Shown here piece by piece: positions 53,849 through 63,603 of a DNA stretch of 64,000 nucleotides. This DNA is from a virus. The position numbers were made by a program, and so were the translations under genes. The notes beneath the pieces were generated by a model, which worked only from the letters and a program-made list of their open reading frames with translations, had not been told where the DNA came from and made no database searches. Within the stretch, counting starts at the first letter, position 1; each line of letters starts with the position of its first letter. Location: positions 7,570 through 71,569 of IMG/VR virus record IMGVR_UViG_3300046777_001673. One strand, 5' to 3'.

Positions 53849-54745
53849 TTAATACAATCCGATATCGTGATCTAATTCTTTTTCCAACTCTTTGGGTACA
53901 ATAATTCTATCATTTGGCTTGCCATAAGTAAAGAACTCTTCAAGGGTATAATCATCTCTTAATTGCGTCCACCACTTTTTATAAGCTTTATAACAGAATT
54001 CTAAATCCTTCCTTTCATTTTTTCTATCAATATTTTGAGCCCAACTGCCCAGATTTTGATTTACAGAAATAAGTGGCATACAATATGTTTTTCCATTGTG
54101 CCCAAGGAAATAATCGGTGGTGAAATTTGGCATTCCCATTCCAGTGTAATATTCGATTCCTCTAGCGGACCATTTATAATTACAAATATTTTGAGACAGA
54201 TCAAACTTACCTTCTTTATAGTGAAGACTTATAATTTTCTCTGCATATCTTCTATTGATCAGGGAAGCTCCTGTACTATGTCCAGATAGAATGGGATGCA
54301 AATAACAGGGAACAATTCTATCGTTCTCAAAACTCATCTGAATACAATCCCAATCATATGGGATGTTATTCATCAGATATTCCCAATCAAAGTGCCAATA
54401 TTCTATGAAACTAAGATCGTAATCATCTTCCATGATGATTACATAGGGATCATTCGTACTCTCTAACCAATTTTTAATGTTAATTAAGTGAGCAAGAGTG
54501 ATAGAAATCTCTGCAATATGTTGTTTCTTTCTTTTATAATCTTCAGGAAATGGATTTAAGATAACTAAGTCTTTCCAGTAATCTTCATAAGTTGAGAGTT
54601 GATACTTGGATCCAGAAACTTTTGTATAGTTTTTTATTCCCCAATAATCATACTGAGTTTCTGTATATTCTTGTCTATCTTTTCTCTCATCAATAGTAGC
54701 TAAAATAATTGGTGGAAGACCTTTTAATTTATCCTTTAAATTCAT
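53849..54745 (-). CDS. Glycosyltransferase family 25-like, copy 3
   Basis: R.DR, H...I..W, IMEDD, W.FDW, P.DWDCIQ, LINR.YA. Confidence 0.75.
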   Translation of the reverse strand: MNLKDKLKGLPPIILATIDERKDRQEYTETQYDYWGIKNYTKVSGSKYQLSTYEDYWKDLVILNPFPEDYKRKKQHIAEISITLAHLINIKNWLESTNDPYVIIMEDDYDLSFIEYWHFDWEYLMNNIPYDWDCIQMSFENDRIVPCYLHPILSGHSTGASLINRRYAEKIISLHYKEGKFDLSQNICNYKWSARGIEYYTGMGMPNFTTDYFLGHNGKTYCMPLISVNQNLGSWAQNIDRKNERKDLEFCYKAYKKWWTQLRDDYTLEEFFTYGKPNDRIIVPKELEKELDHDIGLY

Positions 54746-55553
54746 GATTCACTTCCATGATTAATTGTTTTCTTTTACTTGAGTCCAGATGAAAAAGATC
54801 GTCCAAAGTATAATCTTTGGATTTATTTTTCCACCAATCCAAAACAAGGATATCACAATTCTTAGACATGTGATTTATTTTTCCATTTCTAAGTCCATCA
54901 CTTACAAAATTGTATTTTGTAGTAAAAAGTGGAATTGAGTAGGTAACTCCTATTTGATATAAAACAAAGTCTACAGATTGATAATGATACTCTGGCCAAT
55001 TTTTATTGTATCCATAATTTGAATACAATTTGAATTTATTATCTATGTAATGAAGATTGATAAGTTTTTGTGCGTATGATCTATTGATTAATATACATCC
55101 TGTGGAATGATTATTTCTATACCACTTCGACAAATTCATTGATAAGAACTTTTCACCAATGATGTGAAGTTGAACACACTCCCAGTTGCAAGGCAAACTA
55201 TTGAAAAAAGTTTTCCAATCAAAGTTCCAGTGATCGACTGTTTCTAAACAAAAATCGTCTTCAATTACTAAACAAGTCTCAGATATATTTGAGTTATACC
55301 AGTCAATTATACCATGAATTCTGTCAATTAGAGTAGCAAGAAACCATACTTGCGTTCTAAGTTTATCAGTGATAACTTTAGGTTTCCATTCTTCATAATT
55401 TTCAACAGAATATCTAGAAGAATTGACTCTATAGTAATTTGTTATTCCGTAATCGGAGAATTGTTTTTCTAAGTATTCTCTACGATCCTTTCTGTGATTC
55501 AAATTAAAGTAGTAAATTGGAGGGAGATCATCCAATTTAGAATGAATAGTCAT
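54729..55553 (-). CDS. Glycosyltransferase family 25-like, copy 2
   Basis: YYFNL..RKDRR, IEDD, WECVQL, LINRSYA. Confidence 0.75.
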   Translation of the reverse strand: MTIHSKLDDLPPIYYFNLNHRKDRREYLEKQFSDYGITNYYRVNSSRYSVENYEEWKPKVITDKLRTQVWFLATLIDRIHGIIDWYNSNISETCLVIEDDFCLETVDHWNFDWKTFFNSLPCNWECVQLHIIGEKFLSMNLSKWYRNNHSTGCILINRSYAQKLINLHYIDNKFKLYSNYGYNKNWPEYHYQSVDFVLYQIGVTYSIPLFTTKYNFVSDGLRNGKINHMSKNCDILVLDWWKNKSKDYTLDDLFHLDSSKRKQLIMEVNHEFKG

Positions 55554-56347
55554 TGATACTTCAGAAATTCAACCATGTCGCCATCATTTTCTTTACCGTA
55601 AGAAAAAAACTCATCTAAAGTAAAATTATCTCTTTTATTTTGCCACCATTCATAATAGATATCTCTACAGAGAAAATGATGTTTCTTTGGTATCTTATCT
55701 AGATATGGATTCTGTGTTATCAATGGCATTTGATATGTCTTTCCAAGAAAAGGAATAAAAGTATCTAATGAGACAACTCTATAGCCAGTATCAAATGGAT
55801 GTCTACCGTACTTGCGAATTAACATGTATTTGTCTTTGACATAATGCAAATTAATTAATTTTTGAGCAAAATGTCTATTAATTAGAATCGGTCCATAAGC
55901 ACTTGTTGGATCTTTAGGATGAAGAAAAAATTGAATATATCTTGTAGATTCAAATCCAAGTTGAATACAATCCCAATCATATGGAATATTATTCATCAAA
56001 TATTCCCAATCAAAATGCCAATATTCAATTAAATTTAAATCATAATCATCTTCAAATAAAATCAAATGTTTTTCATCGGTTGTTTCTAACCAATGTTTTA
56101 TGATCTCAAGAGTAGAAAGAGTAATTGAAGCAGCCAATTGATGTGGTTTTCCGGTAATTAAATGAGGAAAATGTAGTACATCTTTCCAGTCATCATAATT
56201 TTCTGCAAGATAGTGAGATCCAGAAAATCTTTTTACATTATCAATTCCCCATTTTTCAAATTGTCGTTCCATATATCTTCTTCTATCCAACTCACAATCC
56301 AAATTGAGATAGTAGATACTAGGAATCCCTTTGAGTTTATCAGACAT
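55550..56347 (-). CDS. Glycosyltransferase family 25-like, copy 1
   Basis: YYLNLD...DRR..M..QF, FEDD, WDCIQL, LINR.FA. Confidence 0.75.
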   Translation of the reverse strand: MSDKLKGIPSIYYLNLDCELDRRRYMERQFEKWGIDNVKRFSGSHYLAENYDDWKDVLHFPHLITGKPHQLAASITLSTLEIIKHWLETTDEKHLILFEDDYDLNLIEYWHFDWEYLMNNIPYDWDCIQLGFESTRYIQFFLHPKDPTSAYGPILINRHFAQKLINLHYVKDKYMLIRKYGRHPFDTGYRVVSLDTFIPFLGKTYQMPLITQNPYLDKIPKKHHFLCRDIYYEWWQNKRDNFTLDEFFSYGKENDGDMVEFLKYQ

Positions 56348-57560
56348 ACCAAGTAATAATTGAATATCTAGTTCCAGATGTTACAGGCATTATTTCATGA
56401 GGGAACATGAAATTAGAGGGGAACATTACAATAGATCCTTTTCCCCCTCGGATCATAATTTCTCTATCAAAAAATGCAAACTCACCGCCTTCATAATCAT
56501 CGTTTAAAAGAAAAGAACAACTTACGGATCTCTGTTGACCTTTAAATGAGTCAGTATGTTGAATATAAAATTGTCCTTCGTTATACCTTAGTAGATCGTA
56601 TCCCGTATCAATTTCTGAAGCAACATCTGGAAATAACTTCCTATACTCGTTAATTGCATTTGAAGCACAAATGTAAAAATCTTCGTCAAGTTTTTTTCTA
56701 ATATCAAAATTTTCTTCTAGTATCCTACCTTCAGAAATGTTGATGACATCGCAGTTTCTAATTTTATTGTCCGTAGTCCCATCACCAACCATGGTTGGAT
56801 TCCAGAGATTTGATCCACTATATTCTTCCAAAATTCTATCGCACAATTCTTCGGGAACAACATTTTCTAATGTAAAAATATATTCCTCTAAAGTTCTTGT
56901 ACTCCTGTAAGAGATCGATTTTACTTCCACTTCTTTATTCTCAACAATTGGTTCTTGAACGAGTGGTGGTTGTTCTTCAACAGGTTCTTTCACAACTTTA
57001 GTTGCAGTTTCTGGTTTGGTTTGTTCATTAAGTTTGTCAAAATATGCATAAGCACAATCTCCACGACTTCGTACATAGTGTAGAAACACTTGTGTATAAT
57101 ACTCTCCTTCATAACGATCTCTCCAATGAGGAGCTGTTCTTCCCAGATAGATCATAGCATCTCCAGGATTTAGATCAACAGATCGTTGTTCTCCATTTGG
57201 AGTTTCAATCCATATGGGCCAAGTAGAATCGCCATGCAAATGCAAAGTCAAAGATATCTCACAGGCATCTCTATCTGTATGGCGCAACAACTCACTTCCA
57301 TTTTTATACACTCTCGCATAGGTGTAAGTAGGCAAAACAACTTCTCCTATTGCAGAAGAAATTTCTGGAGTTTTTTCGCAAAGAAGTTCTAAAAATGGAA
57401 GATAGTTATACAAAGAATAAGAATCTGGAGCTTGTGCATCGCCTTCCAGATTATTTTCTTTGCAGTGTTTTAAAAATTCAAATGACAGATCAGACGATCT
57501 CTCTTTTGAAATAAAATCAGGCAAAACAATATAATTGTTTTCAATTAATTTATTATTCAT
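56340..57560 (-). CDS. Tandem two-domain 2OG-Fe(II) oxygenase
   Basis: Domain 1 HTDR.ACE.S...HWR...FLHYV; domain 2 (P4H-like) HTD...YEGGE...PHE..PV..G.RYS. Confidence 0.85.
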   Translation of the reverse strand: MNNKLIENNYIVLPDFISKERSSDLSFEFLKHCKENNLEGDAQAPDSYSLYNYLPFLELLCEKTPEISSAIGEVVLPTYTYARVYKNGSELLRHTDRDACEISLTLHLHGDSTWPIWIETPNGEQRSVDLNPGDAMIYLGRTAPHWRDRYEGEYYTQVFLHYVRSRGDCAYAYFDKLNEQTKPETATKVVKEPVEEQPPLVQEPIVENKEVEVKSISYRSTRTLEEYIFTLENVVPEELCDRILEEYSGSNLWNPTMVGDGTTDNKIRNCDVINISEGRILEENFDIRKKLDEDFYICASNAINEYRKLFPDVASEIDTGYDLLRYNEGQFYIQHTDSFKGQQRSVSCSFLLNDDYEGGEFAFFDREIMIRGGKGSIVMFPSNFMFPHEIMPVTSGTRYSIITWYV

Positions 57561-57577
57561 AATTTAAAATCAGTAAT

Positions 57578-58048
57578 TTAAATTTCTTTTAGGAGTTCCT
57601 CAATATCATAGAATATATTTTCTTCTTCTTCATCGTCATTTTCATTTACTTCTTCACCAGTTTCTTCATCCAATGTAGGAAGATATCTTTGATTAAAGGC
57701 AAGGAAATTAGCTTGTAATAGTTCCTCTTCTTCTTTTTTCAGTCTTTCTTGTTCAGCTAAGTATGCTTGATATAAAGCCTCTTCTTCTTCCTTTTTTTCA
57801 TTCCATTGATCAATTGCTTTTTGAAAACTACAAAATCCTTCTATTCCCAAAGTAGTGATTTTCAAATTTTGATCGGGACCAACAAATTCAATTTCACCTT
57901 CTCCTATACCATCATCATCTTCATCCAACCATTGAATTGCATGAACTTTTTTATCATCGATATCTGGAATCCAACTCAGATCTATATTATGATAACACTT
58001 TTGATCTATATAAACAGCACCATCTATGGGAATAATGGTTAATTTCAT
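57578..58048 (-). CDS. Putative tail fibre assembly protein
   Basis: MKLTII..D..V..D, VHAIQW, GEIE; follows the tail-collar-like genes. Confidence 0.55.
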   Translation of the reverse strand: MKLTIIPIDGAVYIDQKCYHNIDLSWIPDIDDKKVHAIQWLDEDDDGIGEGEIEFVGPDQNLKITTLGIEGFCSFQKAIDQWNEKKEEEEALYQAYLAEQERLKKEEEELLQANFLAFNQRYLPTLDEETGEEVNENDDEEEENIFYDIEELLKEI

Positions 58049-58051
58049 GAG

Positions 58052-58393
58052 TTATTCTCCTGTTCCTGGTAATGTATTTGTATCTGGCAAAGAAGTTACA
58101 TTTACTGGCATTATGCCATTTTGTTGAATTATATCAATATATAGTTGTCTATTTTGATCGTTAGCTTTTACTACTTCGTTTCTAAACGATTCTACAGCTG
58201 CGCCAGTGGATCTTTGTTGTTGAGAGTTTTCAATAGTCAACATAGGCATCCAAGTTACTGCACATGCCCAGTGATCTACATCTTCTCCAGTGTTCGGATT
58301 CATACCTCTTACATGGACATACCAAGAACACTTATGTTCTACACAATCTTTTTTAATCAGAGGACAAAAACTACCAGATTGATTTTTTTTCAT
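58052..58393 (-). CDS. Cys-rich protein associated with tail-collar genes
   Basis: CPL..KDC...C.W, D.W.CA..W.P.L.IENSQQQR.T.AAVESFRNE. Confidence 0.65.
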   Translation of the reverse strand: MKKNQSGSFCPLIKKDCVEHKCSWYVHVRGMNPNTGEDVDHWACAVTWMPMLTIENSQQQRSTGAAVESFRNEVVKANDQNRQLYIDIIQQNGIMPVNVTSLPDTNTLPGTGE

Positions 58394-58427
58394 ATTGACA
58401 AAGTATTTTTTCAAATTATATCACAAA

Positions 58428-58949
58428 TTATGCAAAAGTACAAACAATAACATCTATGTATTGAAGTCTAAGATCAAAAGTAGTTGCAAAATTAGCAGTT
58501 CCAGACCATGGGTGAGTATGAGAACCACCTCCAGATGCAGGTCCAGGTCCAGTTATTGGGCTACTCCTAGTCCAACCTGCACCACTAGCAACATCTCCTC
58601 CACCAGGAGTTAATCCAACAAAACCACCGTTAGGATGTGTGTGCGCTGGTAGTTGACCTTCCGTAAGAGTTGTACTTCCTGTGGTTCCACTTAATGGTAT
58701 GTTTGAAACTGATATTGGAGTAGTAGAAGTAGGGAAAATAGTACTAAAAGCTGTGGTTCCTCCAGCACCTCCACCAGTTCCACTTACAACTCTAAGTGCT
58801 TTATCATTGTTGGATGTTGATTTTGTCCACCCAGTAGGAGCAGATGCCTGATAAAAGATTGATACCGAGTTTTGTGGAACAATACCATACTTTGAAGTTA
58901 AAGTAGTCAAGTCACCAAAAGTTATTCCCGCTGCTGTTAATTTAGCCAT
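58428..58949 (-). CDS. Short tail-collar-like fibre protein, copy 2
   Basis: FYQASAPTGWTK, LT..QLPAHTH, H.H, QYIDVIVC. Confidence 0.7.
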   Translation of the reverse strand: MAKLTAAGITFGDLTTLTSKYGIVPQNSVSIFYQASAPTGWTKSTSNNDKALRVVSGTGGGAGGTTAFSTIFPTSTTPISVSNIPLSGTTGSTTLTEGQLPAHTHPNGGFVGLTPGGGDVASGAGWTRSSPITGPGPASGGGSHTHPWSGTANFATTFDLRLQYIDVIVCTFA

Positions 58950-58986
58950 TTTATATGATGTAAACTACAGATATTATTATTAGTAT

Positions 58987-59562
58987 TTATCCATTAAAAG
59001 TACAGACAATAACATCTATGTATTGAACAGCTAATGAAATGGGAACGCTAATTGGAGCGGTAGCTGCAACGGGGTGAGCATGACCTGTACTACTTCCGAT
59101 AGGTCCAGTTGCGGGAGAATTTCTAACCCAACCTCCAGCTACACCAGGAGCCGGTCTACGAACATCCCCACCATTCCAACTATTAAAACTGCCATCAGGA
59201 TTATTGATTTGGGGAACTGCACTTAACGCATAATTAAGAGGATTCATTGTATGAGTATGGGCAGGGATTTGAGTATCAAGCAATCCCGTATTACCAGTTG
59301 GAGTTGCAACACTTATAGTTCCAGAGTAATTCAAATATGAACTGGTCATTATGGTCGTGAAAGCATTTGTTCCTGCAGAAACTCCGCCACTCCCAGACAC
59401 AACTCTAAGGGCTTTATTATCATTACTTGTTGATTTTGTCCATCCAGTAGGGGCAGCTGCTTGGTAAAAAACCCAAGCGGTTCCCGATTGAAACATCCAA
59501 CTGCGATTGTTTATTTCATCTCCTACAGCAAATGTTATTCCAGCGGATGTCAATTTGGCCAT
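58987..59562 (-). CDS. Short tail-collar-like fibre protein, copy 1
   Basis: FYQAAAPTGWTK, QIPAHTH, HAH, QYIDVIVC. Confidence 0.7.
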   Translation of the reverse strand: MAKLTSAGITFAVGDEINNRSWMFQSGTAWVFYQAAAPTGWTKSTSNDNKALRVVSGSGGVSAGTNAFTTIMTSSYLNYSGTISVATPTGNTGLLDTQIPAHTHTMNPLNYALSAVPQINNPDGSFNSWNGGDVRRPAPGVAGGWVRNSPATGPIGSSTGHAHPVAATAPISVPISLAVQYIDVIVCTFNG

Positions 59563-59594
59563 AGTTTATTCCAGCATCTTACCTACTTTTAGAG

Positions 59595-59602
59595 TATTTA
59601 TA
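59595..59602 (-). promoter_or_regulatory. Late promoter TATAAATA
   Basis: Exact consensus about 33 nt upstream of 59562. Confidence 0.7.
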
Positions 59603-59604
59603 AT

Positions 59605-59736
59605 TTAATCTTTTGGCTTAGGTTTATTACACTCATTACACCAATAAGAAAAACCACTCTTAAAGTATTTTACTCTTTGATAAAAGTCTGAAGTTAATGG
59701 TTTTTCTTCACCACACTTATCACATGTCCTTAGCAT
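59605..59736 (-). CDS. Small Zn-finger protein
   Basis: MLRTCDKCGEEKPL...WCNECN. Confidence 0.55.
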   Translation of the reverse strand: MLRTCDKCGEEKPLTSDFYQRVKYFKSGFSYWCNECNKPKPKD

Positions 59737-59893
59737 ATTGTTTTTTAGCTCGTTTGAGTTCTTTGAGTTCTGATTTGATTTCTTTATAAGCGGAAAGAGA
59801 ATCAATTTTTCCTCCCATTTCAAGAGCAATGATGATATCCACTCTTGTACCGAAGTGGGCAAGTGCTTTTTCAAATGCATCGAATTCATACAT
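59720..59893 (-). CDS. Conserved hypothetical protein
   Basis: FEKALAHFGTRV..I.ALE.GGK...AY..IK.E. Confidence 0.6.
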   Translation of the reverse strand: MYEFDAFEKALAHFGTRVDIIIALEMGGKIDSLSAYKEIKSELKELKRAKKQYAKDM

Positions 59894-60101
59894 CGTAATT
59901 AACTCCACAATGTTCTGCAATAATATCTATACGAGAATCTAAAGAATTCTCCATACGGTATAATTCGTTTGTAGTACTTATATTTTCTTCTTCAAGAACT
60001 CTAACTCTTTGTTCAAGATCTACAATTCTAGAATAAAGTTCATCAATTAAAACAGGATCATCAAGACCCCATTTCTTTTGAAACCAATTTGTTGCAATCA
60101 T
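59886..60101 (-). CDS. Coiled-coil hypothetical protein
   Basis: LEEENI.TTNELY. Confidence 0.55.
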   Translation of the reverse strand: MIATNWFQKKWGLDDPVLIDELYSRIVDLEQRVRVLEEENISTTNELYRMENSLDSRIDIIAEHCGVNYDV

Positions 60102-60411
60102 AATACACCTACTTCTTTAAGATACCTTCTATATGCCATGAATCTGCGAAGTGAAGGTTGTCCTGGTATTGGACCTAGACTTTCACAGATCTCACAGTAA
60201 CACAACCAATCATACCACGGCGTTGTTGGATCCAGTGCTGGATGCAGACTTGTTTGAGTGTAGTTCTTTAAGGAGTTTAACCAATTCTGGAGTTTCATCC
60301 CATTCCCATACTTGAGTGTGTGTTGGATCTTTCTTTTCAATCGTGTAAGTTCTCTTAGCCATAATTAAATTCATCCGTTCGTTTTTAGTATAACACTTTT
60401 TTAATTTTTCA

Positions 60412-61674
60412 TCAAGTCTTTGGTTTGACTTTGATTACATCCCAAATTCTCTGAAACTCTGGAAATGTTTCTATAATATTTTCATCCCTTATTTTATCAA
60501 ATCTTCTCATAGATTTTAAAAATTCAGGAATTAATTTTTGTTCTTGATAAAGATCAATATAAGTTATCAGACTCTCACAATACTCAAGGCATATTTTTGA
60601 TTTGTTTGGAATGAGAAAATTATCAATATGATTTCTTATATTTTCTTTTGCGGCTTCTTTTGTTTTTTTATCTAAAATCCAGACAGACATTTCTCTTGGA
60701 GTTTGTAAAAAATTCATAAAAAAGAAATCAATATCTGACATTAATCCACTATTATAGAGATATTGATGTAGAGTAACAAAATCAAAAATATTTAATGCTT
60801 GAATTGTGCAATCAAAATGCAATTGGTGAGTATGTTCTTTATTTCTAAATCGATCTCTAAATTGTTCCGCATGAGATACAAATCTATCCCACTTAAATCC
60901 TTTTCGGATTAGTTCCCCCCTAGCTCCGACACCATCAACACTAATATGTACCTGCATTTCTCTGTTAAATTGATCCCATAGATCAAAAATATGCCTACCT
61001 TTATACACAAGATTACTAAAGTTAGTATTACCTGCTACAGTGACCTTATCATTCCTACCCAATTCAATTAGTTTATCCATTATTTTCCAATATTCATCTA
61101 TAATTAAAGATTCTCCACCGGAAAAATATAGATGTTCTACAACTCCAAGAAATGGTTCCACTTCCTCATAAGTCTTTTTTGCTGCATCCCATTTACCAGA
61201 TATTTTTCCAAATTGTTCCAATTCAAAACTAGAACTTGCAGTCCAACTACACATTCTACATTTAAAATTACATTTATTACTTAGTTTTAGATCCCAAAAA
61301 ACGAATCCAGGTTCATTAACTGAGTAATCATCATTAGTTTCATAAACAAATCTTTTATAATTATGCCACCAATCGGCCATCCAGTCAAACAAATTTCGAT
61401 TATAATCTTCCCGCATGGAACTTTTTCCTGCAGCTTGATTATTGTAACATACCTGACAATTTTTATTTGGTATACCGTTCACCATACCTTCACGAAATTT
61501 CTTAATTGGTTCATCATTCCAAATTTCCCACAAAGATTTTTCATTTATATCACCATAAACATAATCGCAAACACAACAAGGATTGACTTGACCATCTTGT
61601 CTGATATTTAAAGTCATCCAAGGAGCTACGCAAAAAACTCCGTTGTTTTTGTCAATTTTATTTTTGTCAAACAT
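60412..61674 (-). CDS. Radical SAM protein with N-terminal twitch/SPASM domain, copy 2
   Basis: CNFKCRMC, FSGGE, NTN; FC.APW...PCC...C..C. Confidence 0.88.
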   Translation of the reverse strand: MFDKNKIDKNNGVFCVAPWMTLNIRQDGQVNPCCVCDYVYGDINEKSLWEIWNDEPIKKFREGMVNGIPNKNCQVCYNNQAAGKSSMREDYNRNLFDWMADWWHNYKRFVYETNDDYSVNEPGFVFWDLKLSNKCNFKCRMCSWTASSSFELEQFGKISGKWDAAKKTYEEVEPFLGVVEHLYFSGGESLIIDEYWKIMDKLIELGRNDKVTVAGNTNFSNLVYKGRHIFDLWDQFNREMQVHISVDGVGARGELIRKGFKWDRFVSHAEQFRDRFRNKEHTHQLHFDCTIQALNIFDFVTLHQYLYNSGLMSDIDFFFMNFLQTPREMSVWILDKKTKEAAKENIRNHIDNFLIPNKSKICLEYCESLITYIDLYQEQKLIPEFLKSMRRFDKIRDENIIETFPEFQRIWDVIKVKPKT

Positions 61675-62959
61675 TATTAATCATCCCCTCCAACTCTGGA
61701 AAAACTTCTAAGGAATTTTCATTTCTTATAATATCTAGCGTAGAAATATATGATTTAAACACAGGAAGAAGATGTTCTTTTTTCTCTGTAGATAAGAGTT
61801 TAAGAATCGACATGTATTGTTTGATCGAGTTATGTGCTTTCGCAGGCACAAGATAATTCTTAATATGATATTGTATTTTTTCACCCAATAACTTTCTCGA
61901 TTCCGAATCAAGAACAGTTACTGAAAGGTACTCTGGAGTATGCAATAAACATAAATTAAAATCATCCCAACTATTAATTATACCTCTCAAATAAAGTTCT
62001 TTCTGAGCATCCATAGAATGGAAACAATTCATGGCTTGAATAACAAAATTAATTGATACATTTTTATTGGGAAACCTGCTCCTGAATTTTTTAAAATTAT
62101 CTAAAAATTTTTGCCAATCAAATCCTTTACGAATCAACTCCCCTCTTCTTTCGGTTCCATCAAAACTTATAGCTAAATGTAAATTTGGAAACCTCTCCCA
62201 CAACTTAAGGACATCATGATCTTTATATTTTAAAGTACTAAAATTTGTATTATATGCAATCCTAACCTTTCTATTTCTAAATTTTTCGATCAACTTATTC
62301 AGAACTTCGTAATGATGATCAGAAATTAAAGGTTCTCCACCAGCAAAATATATTTCTTCAACGATATCATACAATGGTTCGATATCTTGACGAACCATAT
62401 CCACATCAATCTTTGGATACTCACCTTCAATATTAAAGTGTTTCCGCATTTCTTGTTCCCAAGAACTACTGTACCCAGGACCACACATTCTACATTTGAA
62501 ATTGCAAACATTGTTTAATCTAAAATCCCAATAAACAACATTAAATCTTTCAAAAGTTCCATCTTCTTTAGTCTCTTTTACATACTTAAAATTATTTGCG
62601 TACTTAGTATTAAATATTTGTCTAGGGGAACCATGTCCAATTTCTTCTTCTTTGTAACATGCTGTACAATAACTAGACTTCTCTCCCGACATCATGTTCC
62701 TGCGAAGTTCTCTCATGTTTTCATTGTTCCAAATCTCTTTAAGAGATTCATCCATCAGAGAACCCATTCTAAAATCTCTTGGAGTTCCATTACACTCCGA
62801 AGCAATAGCTTCTAAAGTTGATTCTCCAATACCATTATCAGAAACATCTTTTTCTATATCACATATAGGCATCAAACAACATGGATAAACATCTCCATTC
62901 GGAGCAATGTTCATGTGGACCCAAGGAGCCATACAAAAAGTTTTATTTTCTGGGTTCAT
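61667..62959 (-). CDS. Radical SAM protein with N-terminal twitch/SPASM domain, copy 1
   Basis: CNFKCRMC, FAGGEP, YNTN; FCMAPW...PCC...CTAC. Confidence 0.88.
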   Translation of the reverse strand: MNPENKTFCMAPWVHMNIAPNGDVYPCCLMPICDIEKDVSDNGIGESTLEAIASECNGTPRDFRMGSLMDESLKEIWNNENMRELRRNMMSGEKSSYCTACYKEEEIGHGSPRQIFNTKYANNFKYVKETKEDGTFERFNVVYWDFRLNNVCNFKCRMCGPGYSSSWEQEMRKHFNIEGEYPKIDVDMVRQDIEPLYDIVEEIYFAGGEPLISDHHYEVLNKLIEKFRNRKVRIAYNTNFSTLKYKDHDVLKLWERFPNLHLAISFDGTERRGELIRKGFDWQKFLDNFKKFRSRFPNKNVSINFVIQAMNCFHSMDAQKELYLRGIINSWDDFNLCLLHTPEYLSVTVLDSESRKLLGEKIQYHIKNYLVPAKAHNSIKQYMSILKLLSTEKKEHLLPVFKSYISTLDIIRNENSLEVFPELEGMINNV

Positions 62960-63603
62960 TGATTTCTCTCTGTTTTTGATTTAATTCCATCCCAAACCTG
63001 ATCATCTAACCAATATTCATCAACATATTTAATGTATTTTTTATTGGGATCTTCAGTAATAAATTTAAAGATGTCAGGATTATTATAGTCAATTGGAAAA
63101 TCTAAGAGTTCACTCATCCACTTCAAATAATATCGTCGATGTAAAAAGAATGCCTCATTATCTAAGAAGTGAACTTTAAATCCATTTCCAATGATATTAT
63201 TTTGATAATAATGCATTGCAATTGGTAAAGTTACCTCACCACGAACTCTCTTTTGTTGTTCTGAATTGATGTTTTGATCCCTTACAATAATGCAGATCTG
63301 AACATCAATCCCTAAAGACTGAGCTTTTTCTGCAAATTCTTGAACCTTTGGAATATATCTTACTCCATCATAATAGAATGGGCAACTTACATTTGCCAAC
63401 CAGTAGTCATATCCTTCAAAATCTTTCTCTGACAATTCTTCTGGATTCACCCAATACTTAGCAAAGTATTCTTCATCACTCGGAACCCAATACTTTTCTA
63501 GAAGACTTTTCCACCCACCAACCTTAGGGTGAGTACTAAAAACTCTACTGAAAAAATGATTTCCAGATCCCTGTGGCCCAGTAATGATGACTAGTTTTTT
63601 CAT
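62956..63603 (-). CDS. Sulfotransferase-like P-loop protein
   Basis: IITGPQGSGNH (5'-PSB-like loop), IIVRD. Confidence 0.5.
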   Translation of the reverse strand: MKKLVIITGPQGSGNHFFSRVFSTHPKVGGWKSLLEKYWVPSDEEYFAKYWVNPEELSEKDFEGYDYWLANVSCPFYYDGVRYIPKVQEFAEKAQSLGIDVQICIIVRDQNINSEQQKRVRGEVTLPIAMHYYQNNIIGNGFKVHFLDNEAFFLHRRYYLKWMSELLDFPIDYNNPDIFKFITEDPNKKYIKYVDEYWLDDQVWDGIKSKTERNQ

